Assembly (NCBI GenBank): GCA_964511665.1
Contig: CAZEHA010000008.1
Coordinates: forward strand, 15,629-79,628
Direction: 5' to 3'
DNA: 64,000 nt
From: an uncultured Bacteroidales bacterium
Lineage (GTDB): Bacteria > Bacteroidota > Bacteroidia > Bacteroidales > ML635J-15
This document shows, piece by piece, positions 12,391 to 24,861 of this stretch (position 1 is its first letter; each line of letters begins with the position of its first letter). Position numbers and translations under genes: made by a program. The notes beneath the pieces were generated by a model, which saw nothing but the letters and a program-made list of their open reading frames with translations, had not been told where the DNA came from and ran no database searches.

Positions 12391-12493
12391 TGAAAAGGAA
12401 AAAATGACAGTTAAAACGCATTCCGTTCAAATGGCATAGTTTTCGACTGTTAAAAGCCGTAAAATAAAAAATAACCATTAAAACAATAAGACT

Positions 12494-12769
12494 ATGGCAA
12501 ATTTAGGAAGACCCTTAGCAGGAAAAGTACTTGTGAAGCCCGAAGTTGCTGAACAAAAAACAGCATCAGGTATTATAATCCCCGATTCGGCAAAAGAAAA
12601 ACCCCAACGTGGAAAAATCGTTGCCGTGGGCAAAGCAAAAAAAGATGAAGAAATGGAAGTGAAAGAAGGCGACATGGTGTTGTATGGCAAATACAGCGGA
12701 ACAGAAATCAAAATCGATAACGAAGACTATCTGATTTTGAATCAGAACGATATTTTATTAGTATTTTAA
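12494..12769 (+). CDS. groES: co-chaperonin GroES
   Basis: 91 aa, PL...[29 protein letters not shown]........VK.GD.VLYGKY.GTE. Confidence 0.97.
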   Translation: MANLGRPLAGKVLVKPEVAEQKTASGIIIPDSAKEKPQRGKIVAVGKAKKDEEMEVKEGDMVLYGKYSGTEIKIDNEDYLILNQNDILLVF

Positions 12770-12777
12770 TAACCTAA

Positions 12778-14526
<1,749 letters not shown>

Positions 14527-14542
14527 TAGGATAAGCATATAT

Positions 14543-14576
14543 AAAAAAAGCCGTTGCAATTGCAGCGGCTTTTTTT
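14543..14576. terminator. bidirectional terminator between the convergent groEL and yqeY-like genes
   Basis: AAAAAAAGCCGTTGC-AATT-GCAGCGGCTTTTTTT: 8 bp GC-rich stem (one G-U pair) flanked by an A-run and a T-run, so it can terminate on both strands. Confidence 0.75.
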
Positions 14577-14598
14577 AATGGTATAATTCACAGAATTG

Positions 14599-15045
14599 CT
14601 AACCAAGCATTCGTTTTACAATTTCCGAAATGGTTTTTCCATCGGCTTGTCCCGACATTTTTTTATTGGCCAAGCCCATCACCTTACCCATGTCTTTAAT
14701 ACCGTTTGCGCCTGTTTCAGTAATTATTTCTGAAACAATAGCCTCGATTTGGGCGGGGCTTAATGCCTCGGGAAGGTATTCCGAAATAATGGCAGCCTCG
14801 GCAATTTCGGTTTCGTACAAATCGGGGCGGTTCTGTGTTTTATAAATTTCGGCTGTTTCTTTGCGCTGCTTAACCATTTTTTGAATTATTGCTAACGCTC
14901 TTTCATCGGTAAGGCTCGAATCGCCACCTTCGGTGTTTACGAGTAAGAATGCCGACTTCACTGCTCTGAGCGCCGTGAGACGAATTTTGTCTTTGGCCAG
15001 CATGGCTTTTTTTATGTCTTCGTTAATTTTTTCTGCAATGCTCAT
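14599..15045 (-). CDS. GatB/YqeY domain-containing protein
   Basis: 148 aa, M.I.EKI..DIK.AM.AKDK.RL..LR..KSA.......G.....D......I.K..KQRKE.A.IY....RPDL...E..E....EYLP, typical of the YqeY family. Confidence 0.85.
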   Translation of the reverse strand: MSIAEKINEDIKKAMLAKDKIRLTALRAVKSAFLLVNTEGGDSSLTDERALAIIQKMVKQRKETAEIYKTQNRPDLYETEIAEAAIISEYLPEALSPAQIEAIVSEIITETGANGIKDMGKVMGLANKKMSGQADGKTISEIVKRMLG

Positions 15046-15057
15046 AGTTGTATAGTT

Positions 15058-16410
15058 TTATTTGTTTTCGTCATCAAAGTCGAACGATAGATTTTGGTTT
15101 TTTTGTATCCTTTTATAGGCCGGTTCGTTTTCGAGATTGTCGAGATACGACGAATCGTTCAGTTTGTTTAAATCTTTAACATGACCGAATGTTTCGGGGT
15201 TTTTGTTTATTCCCTCAATACTTTCTTCATCGGCTAAATCATCACCAAGTGGGGTTTGTGTTGCCGACGGAGAGTTAATAATAAACTCGATGGTACGTGC
15301 CGATTCTTCGTCGCTTTCTACCGTTTCGAAAAACAAATCATCCTCGTTTTCTTGTTCCTGATTAGGAATTGGTTGCGGTATGGCTTGGCCAAAGGGAACA
15401 TGAATTGGGGCTTTCTGCTCATCTTCGTAAATACCCGGGAACGATTTAAAGCCGGTAGCGATAACAGTAACCCTTACGCTGTCGTCTAATTTTTCATCGA
15501 AACCGGTTCCCCAAATAATGTTTGAAGAAGAGCCAACTGCATTGGTAACGTAATTGGTTATAGCTCCGAATTCGCTCATTTTTATTTCGTGCTCGCCTGT
15601 GCCACTCATTATATTGAGCAAGATGTTTTTAGCCCCGCGGATATCGTTGTCTTTCAGCAACGGAGAATTCAACGCTTCCTTAATGGCTGTAATAGCCCTG
15701 TTTTCACCTTCCGATAAAGCGGAACCCATAAGAGCAACGCCACTTTCTTTCATCACGGTGCGAACATCTTCGAAATCGACGTTTATATATCCATGCACGG
15801 TGATAATTTCGGCAATGCCTTTTGCCGCAGTTGCCAACACTTCGTCGGCCTTGCTGAAAGCTTCCGACATTTTAAAATCTTTAAATATCTCTTGCAGTCG
15901 TTCATTGTTTATTATCAATAGCGAATCAACACTTTGTTCCATCTGCTTGATGCCTTCGATGGCCTGATTGATTCGTAATGGGCCTTCTACTTTAAAAGGA
16001 ACCGACACAATTCCAACGGTTAAAATGCCCCTTTCTTTGGCCGATTTTGCTATTACCGGTGCAGCACCTGTTCCTGTTCCTCCTCCCATACCTGCGGTAA
16101 TGAATACCATTTTGGTGTTGTTGTCGAGTATGGTTTCGATTTCGTTGAGGCTTTCAATAGCAGCCTCTCTTCCGCGCTCAGGGTTGTTTCCGGCTCCCAA
16201 ACCTTCGGTAAGCGATTTGCCGAGTTGAATCTTAGAGCCAACAGGGCTGCTCCTTAAGGCTTGAACATCGGTGTTGCAAATTACAAAATCCACATCACGG
16301 ATGCCCAGTTTATACATTTGATTTACAGCGTTTCCGCCGCCACCACCAACACCAATTACCTTAATAATTGACGTGGTTTGTTTTTCGATTCCAAAATCTA
16401 TATCCAGCAT
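15058..16410 (-). CDS. ftsZ: cell division protein FtsZ
   Basis: 450 aa with IKVIGVGGGGGNAVN.M and the tubulin signature GMGGGTGTGAAPVIA. Long acidic linker plus a C-terminal peptide. Confidence 0.98.
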   Translation of the reverse strand: MLDIDFGIEKQTTSIIKVIGVGGGGGNAVNQMYKLGIRDVDFVICNTDVQALRSSPVGSKIQLGKSLTEGLGAGNNPERGREAAIESLNEIETILDNNTKMVFITAGMGGGTGTGAAPVIAKSAKERGILTVGIVSVPFKVEGPLRINQAIEGIKQMEQSVDSLLIINNERLQEIFKDFKMSEAFSKADEVLATAAKGIAEIITVHGYINVDFEDVRTVMKESGVALMGSALSEGENRAITAIKEALNSPLLKDNDIRGAKNILLNIMSGTGEHEIKMSEFGAITNYVTNAVGSSSNIIWGTGFDEKLDDSVRVTVIATGFKSFPGIYEDEQKAPIHVPFGQAIPQPIPNQEQENEDDLFFETVESDEESARTIEFIINSPSATQTPLGDDLADEESIEGINKNPETFGHVKDLNKLNDSSYLDNLENEPAYKRIQKNQNLSFDFDDENK

Positions 16411-16433
16411 AGTTGTATTGTTTTATTTCAGGC

Positions 16434-17801
16434 TTAGAGTTTATCTTCATCTTCATCAAAAAATTTCGACACCGAGTTTTTAAATTTATCCATTAAGCTG
16501 GGTCTCGAGGCAGCATTGTCTGATTTTTCTTTTTTACGGTTTTCTTTTGATTTTTGAGGAGTTTCATTATCATCATTTTCGATGGTTTTCGATAAATCAT
16601 AATTCTTTTGCAAACTATTTTTTCCCGACTGCAATTCAAGACCCCTCATTATTAATCCAACACTGGTAGCAAATTGTGGTTGGTTTATTTCTTCAACTAA
16701 CTCGGAACTCAGATATTCGTTCGGATACCCAATTCTTACGTCGTAGCCACTGATGTGCGAAAACAGTTGCCTGATATTTTTCAACAAGGCACCACCACCA
16801 CAAATGACCATGCCGGCACCGAGTTTTTTTGAAACGCCGGAAACTTCAATCTGAAATAAAACGGCGTGGATAATTTCCTCGACCCTTGCTTTAATAATCA
16901 CCGATAAATCTTTTAGCGACATTTCTTTGGGTGGCCGACCTTTTAATCCCGGTATCGAAATGATTATTTCTTCCTGCGATTTATCGAATATAGCTGAACC
17001 ATATTGTTTTTTCAATTCCTCGGCTTGTCGTTCGAGTATGTTGAAAGCTTGCTTAATGTCGGATGTTATAACATTGCCCCCCAAGGGTATTACAGCAGTA
17101 TGCATTAGAACCCCATCGTGAAAAATTGCTACATCGGTGGTTCCGCCTCCAATATCTACGAGCGCAACTCCAATTTCTTTTTCGTCGCCGGTAAGAACTG
17201 CTGCCGAAGATGCCAGAGGTTCTAGTACCAAGCCGTTAACCTTAAGACCCATGCGGTTAACACATTTTTTAATGTTCGACACCGAGGCAATTTGGGCTAC
17301 CACAACATGGTAGTTGCCTTCGAGCTGGCGTCCCGACATACCTACAGGGTTTTTTATGCCAATCTCGTTGTCAACAATAAAGGTTTGAGGAATTACATGT
17401 AGAATTTCTTCTCCGGGGTCGAGTCCCAGTTCCAACACCTTGTTCTTTAGAAACTCTAAATCGGCATGGCCTATTTCGTGATCTATTGAAGGTAAGGCAT
17501 AGGTGGTTCTCGACTTTGTGCTTCTGATGTGCTGCCCTGCAATGCCAACATACACTTCACTCATTTTAATTCCCGAAGCGTTTACAGCTGTGTCAACGGC
17601 TGCTTTTATCGACTCTATGGCCTCTTCAATGTTAAGAACGGCACCCCGCTTAATTCCTTTTGAGGGTACTGTACCAAAACCTAAAATTTCGAAAGTGTTT
17701 TCGCTGTTCTTGCGTCCGGCAATTGCCACAATTTTTGTGGTTCCGATATCGATGGCTGCAATAATTGATGAGTTTTCCATATTTTGTTTTATTTGGTACA
17801 C
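16434..17801 (-). CDS. ftsA: cell division protein FtsA
   Basis: 455 aa actin-fold ATPase (AIDIGTTKIVAIAG; VDIGGGTTDVAIF). The start could instead be the Met at 17780 (MENSSII). Confidence 0.96.
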   Translation of the reverse strand: MYQIKQNMENSSIIAAIDIGTTKIVAIAGRKNSENTFEILGFGTVPSKGIKRGAVLNIEEAIESIKAAVDTAVNASGIKMSEVYVGIAGQHIRSTKSRTTYALPSIDHEIGHADLEFLKNKVLELGLDPGEEILHVIPQTFIVDNEIGIKNPVGMSGRQLEGNYHVVVAQIASVSNIKKCVNRMGLKVNGLVLEPLASSAAVLTGDEKEIGVALVDIGGGTTDVAIFHDGVLMHTAVIPLGGNVITSDIKQAFNILERQAEELKKQYGSAIFDKSQEEIIISIPGLKGRPPKEMSLKDLSVIIKARVEEIIHAVLFQIEVSGVSKKLGAGMVICGGGALLKNIRQLFSHISGYDVRIGYPNEYLSSELVEEINQPQFATSVGLIMRGLELQSGKNSLQKNYDLSKTIENDDNETPQKSKENRKKEKSDNAASRPSLMDKFKNSVSKFFDEDEDKL

Positions 17802-18583
17802 ACTACCTGATTTGAGTATTTTAAATTGATAATAGTATACTTGTTCCAGTCGGCTTTTTTAAAACCTTCGCGATACATGGCTTCGAGCTTGCTAAGTTTG
17901 TATCGGTAGTTTTCGAGATCACCCAGCAAAATAATATGATTTCCAACTCTGGGTATCAGTTCGATATCGTATTCGATGTTTATGTGGATTTGGTCGAACT
18001 GTGGACCCCATAGTTCATGTGTAGCAATGAATTTAGAAAATTCAAACACATCAAGAAGTGTATATCCGTATAGGCTTTTCACGTGTTCAACCGTTATGGA
18101 GTCTTTGTGCAAACTTTTGGTAAATTCAGGTGTTATTTCTCCGGTAAGAACTGTTACATGAGCCGTGTGTTTTTTACTTAAGGGCATTATTTCTCCTTCT
18201 GCATCGATGTAGTAGCCGTTGGCTTGCGAGAGGTCTTTGGGTACGACACGTAAGATGGGTGAGCGCTGTTTTATTACTATTATCAGTTTGCCATCATAAT
18301 CAGAATATGTCTGCACTTTTGCCACTGCCGGATGTGTTTTAATCAGCTTTTCGATATAATCAAAGTTAATATTACACATTGGAATACTGTCGCATATTAA
18401 GCCATTGTTAATCAACAAGTTGTTAACATCTTCGGTTTCGATAAATTTGTTATTGCCTGTTATAACTATTTGTTTCTGGCTGCAAACTACTTGTTGATTC
18501 ATGTTTTTGGCAAAGCCAAGAGCCATAACCAGATATACACTCAGCGCTGCCCATTTTATCATATTAAGGATTCTTTTTTTCAT
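17789..18583 (-). CDS. ftsQ: cell division protein FtsQ
   Basis: 264 aa with one N-terminal TM segment followed by a POTRA-like region. Position between murC and ftsA. Confidence 0.85.
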   Translation of the reverse strand: MKKRILNMIKWAALSVYLVMALGFAKNMNQQVVCSQKQIVITGNNKFIETEDVNNLLINNGLICDSIPMCNINFDYIEKLIKTHPAVAKVQTYSDYDGKLIIVIKQRSPILRVVPKDLSQANGYYIDAEGEIMPLSKKHTAHVTVLTGEITPEFTKSLHKDSITVEHVKSLYGYTLLDVFEFSKFIATHELWGPQFDQIHINIEYDIELIPRVGNHIILLGDLENYRYKLSKLEAMYREGFKKADWNKYTIINLKYSNQVVCTK

Positions 18584-19938
18584 CGCATTAATATGGTTTT
18601 TATCGTTTGTATATGCCGGTCGATATCGCCGGCACCCATGCTTATCAATATGTCGGTTTCAATGTTTTTTACGATATAATCTTCTATTTCCGATTTCTTG
18701 CAGATATGTTTTTTTGCCAAGGTAATCCTATCATAAATCATTTCTGATTCTACTCCGGGAATAGGTAATTCGCGGGCAGGGTACACAGGCAATAGTATTA
18801 CTTCATCGAATTGCGATAATATATTTGCAAATTCATCGGCAAAGTCGCGCGTTCTGCTGTATAAATGTGGTTGAAATATGGCCGTAATTTTTTTATGGGG
18901 AAACAAACTTCGGGTAGCTTCAAGTGTAGCTTCTATTTCGCGGGGATGGTGGGCATAGTCGTCGATGTACACTATTTTTGGAGTATTCAGAATGTATTCG
19001 AAACGACGTTTTACACCCCTAAAAGTTCGTAAGCCTTCGCGAATAGTCTCTGGCTTAGCCCCTGAACACAACGCAATAGCCGACGCTGCCACCGCATTTT
19101 CGATATGGTGTTTGCCGGCATAAGCTATTTCTAAATTGCTGATAATTCCAAACGGACTTTGCAAATCGAAATGGGTGCTGCTTTCTTTTATTCTGATGTT
19201 TGCAGCTGCAAACGAGGCACTACTGTCGTTGTAACTGTAGGTGTAGCGTGTGCTGTGTTTGCTTAGGAGCTTTTCGGAGATATCGTGTTTTATAATGACG
19301 CAACCATCTGATTTTACCTGAAATATAAATTCATTATAGGCCTGTTGCATATAATCGGCACTGCCATAAATATCGAGATGATCGGTATCGATATAAGAAA
19401 CCAAGGCTATGTCGGGAAAGAGTTTTAAGAATGAGCGGTCGTATTCATCGGCTTCTACCACAACCATATTGCTTTCGGGGTGTAGCACCAGGTTACTGCC
19501 GAAATTAACCGATAAGCCACCTAAAAAAGCGTTACAAACCGAAGGCTTTTGGTTTAATACCCAAGCTGTGAGTGTTGATATCGAAGTTTTTCCGTGGGTG
19601 CCTGCCACAGCCAGGCATTTCATGGTTGAGGCCATTGATGCAAGCATTTCAGATCGTTTCATTATCACGAAACCATGAGCGCGAAACCAGGTAATTTGAT
19701 CGTGGTTGCCTGGAACTGCTGGAGTATAAATTACAGTTGTTGATGCGGGTTGCCTGAATCGGGGAGGGATGGCTGTTTCCGATTCATCAAAACAAACACT
19801 TATGCCGTCGCCCGAGAGTTTTTCGGTAATTTCCGATGGCGTTTTGTCGTATCCGGCAACTGCATACCCCTTACGGTGAAAATAGCTTGCCAGTGCGCTC
19901 ATGCCAATGCCGCCAATACCCACAAAATAATATGACAT
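18580..19938 (-). CDS. murC: UDP-N-acetylmuramate--L-alanine ligase
   Basis: YFVGIGGIGMSALA....KG..V.G.D; GTHGKT.... Mur ligase P-loop. I prefer the start at MSYYF (19938), 4 nt after the murG stop. The track start at 19980 would overlap murG by 38 nt. Confidence 0.95.
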   Translation of the reverse strand: MSYYFVGIGGIGMSALASYFHRKGYAVAGYDKTPSEITEKLSGDGISVCFDESETAIPPRFRQPASTTVIYTPAVPGNHDQITWFRAHGFVIMKRSEMLASMASTMKCLAVAGTHGKTSISTLTAWVLNQKPSVCNAFLGGLSVNFGSNLVLHPESNMVVVEADEYDRSFLKLFPDIALVSYIDTDHLDIYGSADYMQQAYNEFIFQVKSDGCVIIKHDISEKLLSKHSTRYTYSYNDSSASFAAANIRIKESSTHFDLQSPFGIISNLEIAYAGKHHIENAVAASAIALCSGAKPETIREGLRTFRGVKRRFEYILNTPKIVYIDDYAHHPREIEATLEATRSLFPHKKITAIFQPHLYSRTRDFADEFANILSQFDEVILLPVYPARELPIPGVESEMIYDRITLAKKHICKKSEIEDYIVKNIETDILISMGAGDIDRHIQTIKTILMR

Positions 19939-19942
19939 TGTG

Positions 19943-21049
19943 TTATTTTTCATGGGCAAGTTCCAGTACTTTTTTTGCAATGATATCGGCTGAATTGTGA
20001 ATTGCCAGTTTTTGTATATTCTTGCTTAACTCAAATTGCATGTCTTTGTTTTCGATAAGTGCTTTCACTTGTGGAAACAAGGCGTGCATGGCTTCGGTGT
20101 CGCGAACCATTAAGGCTGCATTTTTGTTGACCAAGGCCATGGCATTTTTTGTTTGATGATCTTCGGAGACATTAGGTGATGGAACAAAAATGGCAGGTTT
20201 GGCCACAAGACAAAGTTCCGAAATTGTGCTGGCCCCTGCACGCGAAATTACCACATCGGCAACAGAAAAGGCCAGGTCCATACGATAAATAAAGTCGTAT
20301 GGAAATATTAGACTATCCGATGAGTTGGCAGCACACTCAATGGCTTTCTGGTAAAAGCTTTTCCCTGTTTGCCATAATACCTGAACATTGTTGTTTGCAA
20401 AGAATTCGCGGTTGGCGGCAATGCTTTGGTTTATGGTTAATGCCCCTAAGCTTCCTCCAACCGATAATACAACAGGTAAATCGGCACGTAAACCAAAGAA
20501 GTTCAATGCTTCTTCGCGTTTATCGTTAATATTAAGAATGTCTTGTCGTACGGGGTTTCCGGTAAATATTATTTTTTCTTTCGGAAAGAATTTTTCAAGA
20601 TTGTCATATGCAACGCAAATAGCCCTGACCTTTTTAGCCAATAAGCGATTGGTAATACCCGGAAATGAATTTTGTTCCTGAATAAGGCAGGGGATCTTTT
20701 TTCGCGAAGCTGCTCTAAGCAACGGACCACTTGCATAACCTCCCACGCCAACAGCTGCATCAGGCGAGAATTCTTTAATAATTCTGCGAGCTTTATGCAT
20801 ACTACGTATGAGACCTTCAATGAAACGAAACATTTTTAACGATGGCTTGCGCGGAAAACCCATAACGGGAAGTCCTATTATTGGGTAACCGGCTTGTGGA
20901 ACCTTTTCCATTTCCATGCGCCCCTCGGCGCCTACAAACAAAATATTCGTTTCGGGAGCCGCTTTTTTTATGGCATTGGCAATGGCTATAGCCGGAAAGA
21001 TATGCCCACCTGTACCACCTCCGCTGATTATTATATTCTTTGTTTTCAT
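19943..21049 (-). CDS. murG: undecaprenyldiphospho-muramoylpentapeptide beta-N-acetylglucosaminyltransferase
   Basis: 368 aa, ..IISGGGTGGHIFPA.AIA........; ....R.GAST..E......P.I.VP.P....DHQ..NA, which is MurG. Confidence 0.97.
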   Translation of the reverse strand: MKTKNIIISGGGTGGHIFPAIAIANAIKKAAPETNILFVGAEGRMEMEKVPQAGYPIIGLPVMGFPRKPSLKMFRFIEGLIRSMHKARRIIKEFSPDAAVGVGGYASGPLLRAASRKKIPCLIQEQNSFPGITNRLLAKKVRAICVAYDNLEKFFPKEKIIFTGNPVRQDILNINDKREEALNFFGLRADLPVVLSVGGSLGALTINQSIAANREFFANNNVQVLWQTGKSFYQKAIECAANSSDSLIFPYDFIYRMDLAFSVADVVISRAGASTISELCLVAKPAIFVPSPNVSEDHQTKNAMALVNKNAALMVRDTEAMHALFPQVKALIENKDMQFELSKNIQKLAIHNSADIIAKKVLELAHEK

Positions 21050-22260
21050 TTGCTTTCTTCTGGTGATACCTCTGCCCCGATTATGGGATTTGATTGTTCA
21101 CTTTCTTCTTTCATCTCATCTTTCTTTTTTGCTTCGGTTTCGTTAACCTCACGGCTAATGCTTAGAATAATACCTACACCTAGACTAAGGAATACAATAG
21201 ATGTGCCCCCCATGCTTACAAATGGAAGTGTTTGACCGGTAACAGGCAGTATATTTACCGAAACTGCCATATGCGAAAATGCCTGAAACACCAATAGCAA
21301 TCCTAAGCCACAAGCCGAATACGCACCAAATTTTCGGTCAACCTTTTTTACAATTATTATAACCCTGTAAAACAGAAACACATACAATGCTATCAATATA
21401 AGGGCACCAATTATATATCCGTACTCTTCAACAATAATGGCAAAAATAAAATCGGAATAGGGGTGAGGTAATATATTTCTTTGCACAGAGTTACCGGGGC
21501 CTTTCCCGAATATTCCGGCAGATGCCACTGCAATTTTTGCCTGATTTGCCTGAAAATTTCCTTCGCTTTCGGGATTTACAAAATCTTCGATGCGCTTTTG
21601 TGCTGTTCCTAAGCGGCTCTCAACAGGGCTTATTTGAACAATCACAATAAACAGCCCTATTGCTGCAATGCCTATCGCCATTACCGACAACAAATATTTG
21701 TATTTTACCTGACCGACAAAGAACAATACCATCGACACACCAAACAGTAATGCAGACGTAGAAATATCAGCAGGAAAAATTAATCCACAGACTAATAACA
21801 CCGGTAGCATGAGATACTTAAGCATTCCTTTGAATGATTTTATTTCGTCTTCTCTCACTGCCATTACACGTGCCAAATACATAATCAGGGCTATTTTGGC
21901 AAAATCGCTTGTTTGAAACGTAATGCCACCCGGCAACTCTATCCATCGGCTGGCCTGGTTAAGGCTCATCCCCCACAGTAAAGTTACGAGTAACAGAAAT
22001 ACTGCCAGATAAAAGGCCATTTGCGAAAGTTTGCTAAAGTATTTATAGGGTATGCGATGCACCACAAAAATAATACTGAACCCTATAATAAGAATGGCAC
22101 CCTGCCTTAACAAATAGTGAGTGGCATTGCCTCCGAAAAACTTATAGGCAAGTGTTCCCGAAGCGCTGTAAACAGCCAACAGAGAATAGAACGAGAGTAT
22201 AACCAGTATCGTCCAGATTACCTTATCACCTTTTATATTATTTCTAAGAAAATCGATCAT
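21046..22260 (-). CDS. ftsW: FtsW/SEDS family cell division glycosyltransferase
   Basis: 404 aa polytopic membrane protein with SEDS motifs (QPSE-like region, SDFIFAII.EE.G, TG..LPF.S.GG.S). dcw cluster position. Confidence 0.93.
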   Translation of the reverse strand: MIDFLRNNIKGDKVIWTILVILSFYSLLAVYSASGTLAYKFFGGNATHYLLRQGAILIIGFSIIFVVHRIPYKYFSKLSQMAFYLAVFLLLVTLLWGMSLNQASRWIELPGGITFQTSDFAKIALIMYLARVMAVREDEIKSFKGMLKYLMLPVLLVCGLIFPADISTSALLFGVSMVLFFVGQVKYKYLLSVMAIGIAAIGLFIVIVQISPVESRLGTAQKRIEDFVNPESEGNFQANQAKIAVASAGIFGKGPGNSVQRNILPHPYSDFIFAIIVEEYGYIIGALILIALYVFLFYRVIIIVKKVDRKFGAYSACGLGLLLVFQAFSHMAVSVNILPVTGQTLPFVSMGGTSIVFLSLGVGIILSISREVNETEAKKKDEMKEESEQSNPIIGAEVSPEESK

Positions 22261-23603
22261 TACAGATTTCTTACAGCTTTTTTAAACAGATAACCGCGTT
22301 CTTCGTAATTTTTAAAGAGATCGAAACTGGCGCAGGCAGGCGACAGCAATACTACATCGTTGTTGGTGGCAAGGCGATAAGCGGCCGTTACTGCATCGTC
22401 CATCGAAGTAGTATCTACTATTTTGGGTACAATTTCATCGAAAGCTGCGTGAATTTTACTGTTGTCGGTGCCCAAACAAACAATGGCTTTCACTTTTTGC
22501 TTCACCAAATCGGTAAGCATCGAATAGTCGTTGCCCTTGTCAACACCTCCAACAATCCATACAGTGGGTTGTTTCATGCATTCGAGTGCATACCAGGCCG
22601 AGTTAACGTTGGTGGCTTTTGAATCGTTAATAAATTCGATGCCATGTACTTTAATAACCGGTTCCAGTCGGTGTTCCACATTTTTAAAATCCATCAGGCT
22701 TTCGCGAATAATGTCTTTGCGAATGTCGAGAACGTGGGCCACTATCGATGCTGCCATCGAGTTGTAGGCATTGTGCTTGCCTTGCAATGCGAGTTCGTGT
22801 ATTGTCATAGTCATTACGGTTTTATTATTATCGATAATTTGAATTTTTTCGTCTTTGATTATTGCTCCCGATTGTGGCTTGGCATCCGATAAGGTGAAAG
22901 GGAATTGTTTGGCAATTGGCTGAATGTTTTCAAGCTCCTGTAAAATGCTTGTGTCGTCGGAACAATAAATAAATACATCACTTTCGGTCTGATTCTGAAG
23001 AATTCGGAATTTTGAGTTGACGTAGTTCTGAAATTTATATTCGTACCTGTCGAGATGATCGGGAGTAATATTCATTAAAACAGCCAGTTCTGCCCTGAAT
23101 TGAAACATGCCATCGAGTTGAAAGCTGCTGAGTTCTAATACGTAGTAGTCGTATTTTTTCTCGGCAACCTGTAGTGCAAAGCTTTGACCAACATTTCCGG
23201 CAAGTCCTACATTAAGTCCTGCTTTTTTTAATATGTGGTAGGTGAGCAGGGTGGTGGTGGTTTTTCCGTTACTGCCTGTAATACATATTTTAATGGCATT
23301 GGTGTAACGGGCAGCAAATTCAATTTCCGAAATCACAGGAATTCCCAATGTATGCAATTTTTGTATAATGGCAGCCTTGTCGGGGATTCCGGGACTTTTA
23401 ATTACTTCGCTTGCATCAACAATCTTAAACTCAGTATGTTGTTTCTCTTCGAATTCGATACCGTGATTAGTAAGCATATCACGGTATTTGGGAGCAATTT
23501 CTCCCATGTCGGAAACAAACACACTATAGCCTTTTGCAGCAGCTAATATAGCCGAGCCAACACCACTTTCTCCTGCACCCAATATGGCAATTTTTGTTTT
23601 CAA
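22260..23603 (-). CDS. murD: UDP-N-acetylmuramoylalanine--D-glutamate ligase
   Basis: 447 aa, ILG.GESG.G.A.L....G..V.VSD; ITGSNGKTTTT.L. Confidence 0.96.
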   Translation of the reverse strand: MKTKIAILGAGESGVGSAILAAAKGYSVFVSDMGEIAPKYRDMLTNHGIEFEEKQHTEFKIVDASEVIKSPGIPDKAAIIQKLHTLGIPVISEIEFAARYTNAIKICITGSNGKTTTTLLTYHILKKAGLNVGLAGNVGQSFALQVAEKKYDYYVLELSSFQLDGMFQFRAELAVLMNITPDHLDRYEYKFQNYVNSKFRILQNQTESDVFIYCSDDTSILQELENIQPIAKQFPFTLSDAKPQSGAIIKDEKIQIIDNNKTVMTMTIHELALQGKHNAYNSMAASIVAHVLDIRKDIIRESLMDFKNVEHRLEPVIKVHGIEFINDSKATNVNSAWYALECMKQPTVWIVGGVDKGNDYSMLTDLVKQKVKAIVCLGTDNSKIHAAFDEIVPKIVDTTSMDDAVTAAYRLATNNDVVLLSPACASFDLFKNYEERGYLFKKAVRNL

Positions 23604-23604
23604 C

Positions 23605-24861
23605 TTATCGAAGTTTTAATGTTACAATGGCAATAACAGCCAGCATAAGACCCACAATCCAGAAACGCGCTACAATTTTAGGTTCGGGATATCCTTTTTT
23701 CTGATAATGGTGGTGCAGTGGCGACATCAGAAAAATCCGCCTGCCTTCGCCGTATTTGCGTTTGGTGTACTTGAACCATGTAACCTGTAATATCACCGAA
23801 AGGCTCTCCATAAAGAATACTCCGCACAGAATGGGCAACAACAATTCTTTTTTGATAATTATGGCAAATACGGCAATTATGCCTCCAATGGCCAAACTGC
23901 CGGTGTCGCCCATAAATACCTGTGCAGGAAATGAATTGTACCATAAAAACCCGATGGTGGCACCAATGAATGCGGCCATATACACCACCAGTTCTCCGGT
24001 ATGTGGAATATACATGATATGCAGATAATCGGCTGCTACAATGTTTCCCGATACATAGGCAAGTATGCCCAGAGTAACCCCGATAATCGACGAGGTGCCT
24101 GCCGCCAGACCGTCGAGGCCATCGGTAAGGTTAGCTCCGTTCGATACGGCTGTAATAATGAGAATGGTTATAATTACAAAAATTATCCATGCAAACTTGT
24201 ACTTTATATTGTCGCCCAGGAAATCAACAAATTTCACGTAGTTGAACTCATTGTTTTTTACAAACGGTATTGTGGTACGTGTCGATTTTATGTCGTGATA
24301 CATCACATCACCATCTTCGCAATTGCTTATGGTAATGTCGTCGCCTATTACTTTTTGATCGGCTGTTGCCGGCTGTTGTGTCTTCACCCTGATAACTACG
24401 TCGTTGCTGTAGTATAGAGTCAGACCCACAATTAAACCCAATGTAATCTGTCCCAGTATTTTGTATTTTCCGGGGAGACCTTTTTTATTCTTTTTAAATA
24501 CCTTGATGTAATCGTCGATGAACCCGATTGCTCCGAGCCATATTGTTGTGATGAGCATTAAAACAACATACACATTGTCGAGCTTTGCCCATAGCAGCAC
24601 CGGAAGTATAATTGAAAGCAGAATAATTATGCCTCCCATGGTTGGAGTTCCTTTTTTCTGCATTTGGCCTTCGAGACCCAGATCGCGTATTTCTTCACCA
24701 ATTTGAAGTCGCTGCAGTTTTCTGATAATACGCTTTCCGAAAAGCATCGAAATTATGAGCGATGTAATAATTGTCATTGCAGCCCTGAAGGTGATAAATT
24801 GTACTACCCCTGCTCCGGGTACGTTCAACTGATCGAGATATTGAAATAGATAATATAACAT
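23605..24861 (-). CDS. mraY: phospho-N-acetylmuramoyl-pentapeptide transferase
   Basis: 418 aa membrane protein with [29 protein letters not shown] and SP.HHH. Confidence 0.97.
   Translation of the reverse strand: MLYYLFQYLDQLNVPGAGVVQFITFRAAMTIITSLIISMLFGKRIIRKLQRLQIGEEIRDLGLEGQMQKKGTPTMGGIIILLSIILPVLLWAKLDNVYVVLMLITTIWLGAIGFIDDYIKVFKKNKKGLPGKYKILGQITLGLIVGLTLYYSNDVVIRVKTQQPATADQKVIGDDITISNCEDGDVMYHDIKSTRTTIPFVKNNEFNYVKFVDFLGDNIKYKFAWIIFVIITILIITAVSNGANLTDGLDGLAAGTSSIIGVTLGILAYVSGNIVAADYLHIMYIPHTGELVVYMAAFIGATIGFLWYNSFPAQVFMGDTGSLAIGGIIAVFAIIIKKELLLPILCGVFFMESLSVILQVTWFKYTKRKYGEGRRIFLMSPLHHHYQKKGYPEPKIVARFWIVGLMLAVIAIVTLKLR

Noticed and set aside
12327-12493. Searched for a CIRCE (HrcA) operator or a small RNA between eno and groES.
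   Set aside because: There is no TTAGCACTC-N9-GAGTGCTAA-like palindrome. The only stable structure is the eno terminator hairpin.
15058-15480. Long acidic C-terminal region of FtsZ as a possible fusion.
   Set aside because: It is a disordered linker followed by a short conserved C-terminal peptide, which is the normal FtsZ architecture. Linker length varies widely among phyla.
18580-19980. Extended N-terminus of MurC (track start 19980) overlapping murG by 38 nt.
   Set aside because: The conserved MurC N-terminus starts at MSYYFVGIGGIGMS (19938), 4 nt after the murG stop. The extension has no conservation signal.
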